From positions 4,395,498-4,459,497 of the forward strand of contig OZ244621.1 of assembly GCA_965218425.1 (NCBI GenBank): a stretch of 64,000 nt of DNA, read 5' to 3'. Position 1 is the first letter of the stretch. Every line of letters begins with the position of its first letter. The notes beneath the pieces are model-generated. The model had not been told where the DNA came from. It did not search any database and saw only the letters and a list, made by a program, of their open reading frames with translations. Positions 60,787-64,000 of this stretch are shown one piece after another. The stretch is from an uncultured Candidatus Binatia bacterium. Its GTDB lineage: Bacteria; Desulfobacterota; Binatia; UBA9968; CAXXLF01. A program made the position numbers and the translations under genes.

Positions 60787-61317
60787 ATGAACCGACAACA
60801 TAGAACTTACCCAAATCGCACTCTAGCTTCATTGAGCCACGGTCGCCTGATCGCGGTTTTTATAGCAAGCACTCTCATCTGTTTGGTCTCGTTGGAAGGA
60901 CTATCCTGGGCGGCGGATATGGTGCGAGTCAAGGTGAAAACCGCTAATATCCGATCCGGACCTGGAAAAAAATTCGATAAAGTAGGAAAGGTCCCGGAGA
61001 ATTATCCCTACCGGGTAATCAGTCGGAAAGGTTCTTGGCTGAAGGTGAGGGACTTTGAAGGGTTCGAGGATTGGATCTATGGTCCGCTGACGGACAAGGA
61101 GCCTGCTGCCGCAGTAAAGGTGCCCAGGGCCAATGTCCGACAGGGTCCCGGCACCCGTCACCCCATCATACTGACCGCCGACAAGGGTGTGGCTTTTCGA
61201 ATTCTGGCCAAACAGGGCGATTGGGTCAAGGTGCAAACCGACGAAGGAGACGAAGGTTGGGTCTCGCGAAATTTGTTGTGGGGGTATTTTGACGCCAAGA
61301 AAAAGAAAGGCAGATAA
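60787..61317 (+). CDS. Exported tandem bacterial SH3 (SH3_4) domain protein
   Basis: ANIRSGPG...WLKVRD...DWI; ANVRQGPG...WVKVQ...EGWVSRNLLWG. Confidence 0.88.
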   Translation: MNRQHRTYPNRTLASLSHGRLIAVFIASTLICLVSLEGLSWAADMVRVKVKTANIRSGPGKKFDKVGKVPENYPYRVISRKGSWLKVRDFEGFEDWIYGPLTDKEPAAAVKVPRANVRQGPGTRHPIILTADKGVAFRILAKQGDWVKVQTDEGDEGWVSRNLLWGYFDAKKKKGR

Positions 61318-61438
61318 AAAGATGCACCTCTCAAAAAGTAAAAAATACCGGCGGCAGCCGACCTGTCAAGCCATCAAATAATCTAACCCTAGCGGCCGAT
61401 TGACAGCCCCCTCGTTTTCGCATATCCTGCGCGCCATT

Positions 61439-61972
61439 ATGAGCGACAACCGAGATACGAGTCCAGTATTGATCAAAATGCACGCGGCCGTAGTGGAAGC
61501 GGCCGCTGCGCGAATTTTTCCCACCACTGAAACTCCTGGTGCCACCGAAGCCGGAGTAATTAATTACATCCAACGGTTGCTCGGTGAAGCGTTCCCGGAG
61601 CTCGCCTCCCTTTACCGGAGCGGGTGCCGCGCCTTGAATCGCCACGCAAAACGCCGATTCGGCGTTGGCTTCCTACGCATAGCCGTAACTGACCGGGACT
61701 TAGTGCTTGCGGATTTCGAGGCGGACCAGGTCCCCGACTTCAAACAAGCCACTGACTTCTTTGAGATGCTTCGGGACCACACCATGGAGGGTGTCCTCGG
61801 CGAGCCTGCATACGGGGGGAACCGTGATATGGTAGGCTGGCGACTGGTGGGCTTCCCCGGTCATCAATTTGGTTATTCCCATCAGTACATCAACCAGCGC
61901 GTGGATGTTGAGCCAGTGGCAGTGGACCGGCCCTTTTCAACCGAGGAGGAGTGGCATGCCAAATCCCGTTGA
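61439..61972 (+). CDS. Gluconate 2-dehydrogenase subunit 3-family protein
   Basis: PGATEAGVINYI...YGGNRDMVGWRLVGFPG. The ORF-track TTG at 61400 looks like a -35 box (TTGACA-17-TATCCT). Confidence 0.88.
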   Translation: MSDNRDTSPVLIKMHAAVVEAAAARIFPTTETPGATEAGVINYIQRLLGEAFPELASLYRSGCRALNRHAKRRFGVGFLRIAVTDRDLVLADFEADQVPDFKQATDFFEMLRDHTMEGVLGEPAYGGNRDMVGWRLVGFPGHQFGYSHQYINQRVDVEPVAVDRPFSTEEEWHAKSR

Positions 61973-63638
61973 CGTTTGCATCGTGGGCATGGGTGCGGTG
62001 GGCGGCATCATGGCAAAGGAGCTCGCGTCCGCCGGACTGAAAGTGGCAGGGCTCGAGCGGGGCCCGCTTCTCGAGTTCGAGGACTACGCTTACAAGGACT
62101 CCATACGTGCCATTGCCAGACGACAACTCGAGGAAAAGGTCAAGCACGAACCCATCAGCATCCGGCCTGAGCGTGGCGCCAAGACAAGGCTCCAATACAC
62201 CACCTCTCCGAGTAACAGTGTTGGTGGCGGACTGATGATCTGGACAGGTAGTGCAACACGATTTATGCCGGACGACTTCAAAGTCTATAGCAACGACGTA
62301 CGCGGAGGGGTTGCCAAACGAGCCGGCGCTGACCTGAAAGGTTACAATATCGCCGATTGGCCCATCACCTACGACGACCTTGAGCCCTATTATGAACGTT
62401 TTGAGTGGGAAATGGGTGTTTCGGGTAATTCCGGCGCCAATCCTTTCGAAGGCCCTCGCAAAAAAGGCTACCCCTTGCCTCCATTGCGTCCGAGTACCCG
62501 TACGCAACTATTCGGCGACGCCTGCAAGCGTCTCGGATACCATGCCTACCAGACCCCCCAGGGCATCCTGTCGCAGCCCTACAAACCTCCAGCGCCATAC
62601 GATCAACGTATACCCGAGCGCCAAGGGTGCGTTTATTGCGGTCATTGCAACAACTACGGCTGCCATGTGCATGCCAAGACTTCCTCGCCTTTCACCGTGA
62701 TCCCGGCTGCGCTGGAAACAGGGAACCTGGACCTGCGCACACGATGCAAGGTCTTTCGGGTCAACTCCGGCCCCAATGGACGGGCCAATAGCGTTTCCTA
62801 TTTCGACCCAGACGGTAAAGTGGTGGAACAATCCGCCAAGGTGATTATCCTGGCAGGCTTTCTCTACGAAAACATCCGGTTACTGCTGCTCTCGGGAGAG
62901 GGGAAAAAGGGCCTCGCTAATTCCAGCGGGATGTTGGGCCGTTGTATTATGGCCCATGGGGATGTCCGTACCACGGGTCTATTTGACGATACCATTATCA
63001 ACGGATTTATTGGCCCCAACGGCGGCATGCGATTGGATGACTTCAACGGCAATAACTTCGACCATGCCGGCCTGGGATTTATCCGCGGAGGCACAATCGG
63101 AACCAGTGGCGGCGGTGCACCCATCGAGCGATGCGATGTCATTCCACCGGGTTGGCCCCGTTGGGGGGAAAAGTACAAAGAAAATCTCGCTCGCTACTAC
63201 ACCCGGGGCTTCGATGTAAGCATACACCCCGAGACCCTCGCCCATAAGGACAACTTTGTGGACCTGGACCCGGTGCGAAAAGACGCCTGGGGAGTTCCAC
63301 TGCCCCGTGTTACCTTCGACTTCCACCACAACGAGCACCGCGTGTGGCGCTACATCGGTGAAAAGTCGGAAGGAATCATGCGGGAGGCAGGCGCGAGCCA
63401 TGTTTGGACAAAACCAAGTAACCGTGGCAGCCGTTGGGCCGGCGGAACACGCATGGGCGATGATCCGAAAAAGTCGGTGGTCAATGGCTACTGCCAGACT
63501 CACGACGTGGAAAATCTCTTTGTGGTGGGCTCTGCGGTGTTTCCCACCATGACTGGCTATGCCGCCACGCCCACAGTGAGTGCCCTTGCGTACCGCACTG
63601 CGCAGTATATCAAATCCAACGGGAAGCTGGTCGGCTAG
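61956..63638 (+). CDS. GMC-family flavoprotein oxidoreductase
   Basis: VCIVGMGAVGG, VGGG, WPITYDDLEPYY, CxxCxxC...GC, GGTRMG...SVVN...HDVENLFV; RBS gaggag. Confidence 0.93.
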   Translation: MPNPVDVCIVGMGAVGGIMAKELASAGLKVAGLERGPLLEFEDYAYKDSIRAIARRQLEEKVKHEPISIRPERGAKTRLQYTTSPSNSVGGGLMIWTGSATRFMPDDFKVYSNDVRGGVAKRAGADLKGYNIADWPITYDDLEPYYERFEWEMGVSGNSGANPFEGPRKKGYPLPPLRPSTRTQLFGDACKRLGYHAYQTPQGILSQPYKPPAPYDQRIPERQGCVYCGHCNNYGCHVHAKTSSPFTVIPAALETGNLDLRTRCKVFRVNSGPNGRANSVSYFDPDGKVVEQSAKVIILAGFLYENIRLLLLSGEGKKGLANSSGMLGRCIMAHGDVRTTGLFDDTIINGFIGPNGGMRLDDFNGNNFDHAGLGFIRGGTIGTSGGGAPIERCDVIPPGWPRWGEKYKENLARYYTRGFDVSIHPETLAHKDNFVDLDPVRKDAWGVPLPRVTFDFHHNEHRVWRYIGEKSEGIMREAGASHVWTKPSNRGSRWAGGTRMGDDPKKSVVNGYCQTHDVENLFVVGSAVFPTMTGYAATPTVSALAYRTAQYIKSNGKLVG

Positions 63639-63942
63639 GATAACCTACCATCAGGGAACCCTCTACGGGTTCCTTCGGTGCAAGATCACGCTTCCCTGAA
63701 CCGGCTAGAATTATCTTTTAGCAATCTAACTCGGTAAAATTTTCATTTAGGTCGGCCAACCTCACTCCCGATTACCCGCGTTCACCGGGGAGCACCCGGT
63801 TTGCAACGGGGGCCAGCCATCAGAAAGTTTCGGAACCCTGGATGAATTCTGATTTGGCTTTTTCAACCGCAACCTTGACACCTTTTTCTCGTGTGATAGG
63901 GAGAGAACTCTTGTCACAGTGTCGAATAACGGGAGATTTGTA

Positions 63943-64000
63943 ATGGAGAGCCAAGAATTCGTACAAGAATTACTGGGCATTGTAAGAGACTTTTGCCGAA
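63943..64000 (+). CDS. Start of a CDS running off the window (MESQEFVQELL...)
   Basis: RBS ggaga and an open frame to the window end. Confidence 0.4.
   Translation, partial: MESQEFVQELLGIVRDFCR

Overview
A 64 kb bacterial chromosomal window, tentatively Candidatus Binatia or another deltaproteobacterial lineage (inferred from gene content only). It mixes catabolic and redox genes (Rieske oxygenase, amidohydrolases, MFS transporters, solute-binding proteins, GMC oxidoreductase) with heavy IS activity (IS3, IS5, IS256, IS1595) and many gene remnants. Main hidden signal: two genes that the ORF track splits are each interrupted by one in-frame TGA exactly at a conserved metal-binding Cys. Each TGA is followed about 20 nt later by a stem-loop with a GGU apical loop that resembles a bacterial SECIS. 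They are a cobalamin-independent methionine synthase II-family enzyme (H-L-U-R-G-N, 29496-30605) and a DUF411/CopG-like protein (S-P-G-U-G-C-C, 58230-58712), both candidate unusual selenoproteins. No sel genes are visible in the window, so this needs checking. Other findings: a tRNA-Arg(CCG)-adjacent defence island (Eco29kI/Cfr42I-like GIY-YIG restriction enzyme, m4C methyltransferase, DUF262 protein with an RxxxxH C-terminus) disarmed by three copies of one IS3 element; an XRE / RpoD-paralog / SPFH / RRM module with divergent promoters and paired operator-like boxes next to a tRNA-Thr 3' remnant; a candidate three-way-junction RNA upstream of a collapsed ychF relic; and a triple 243-bp repeat inside an OmpA/MotB-like gene.
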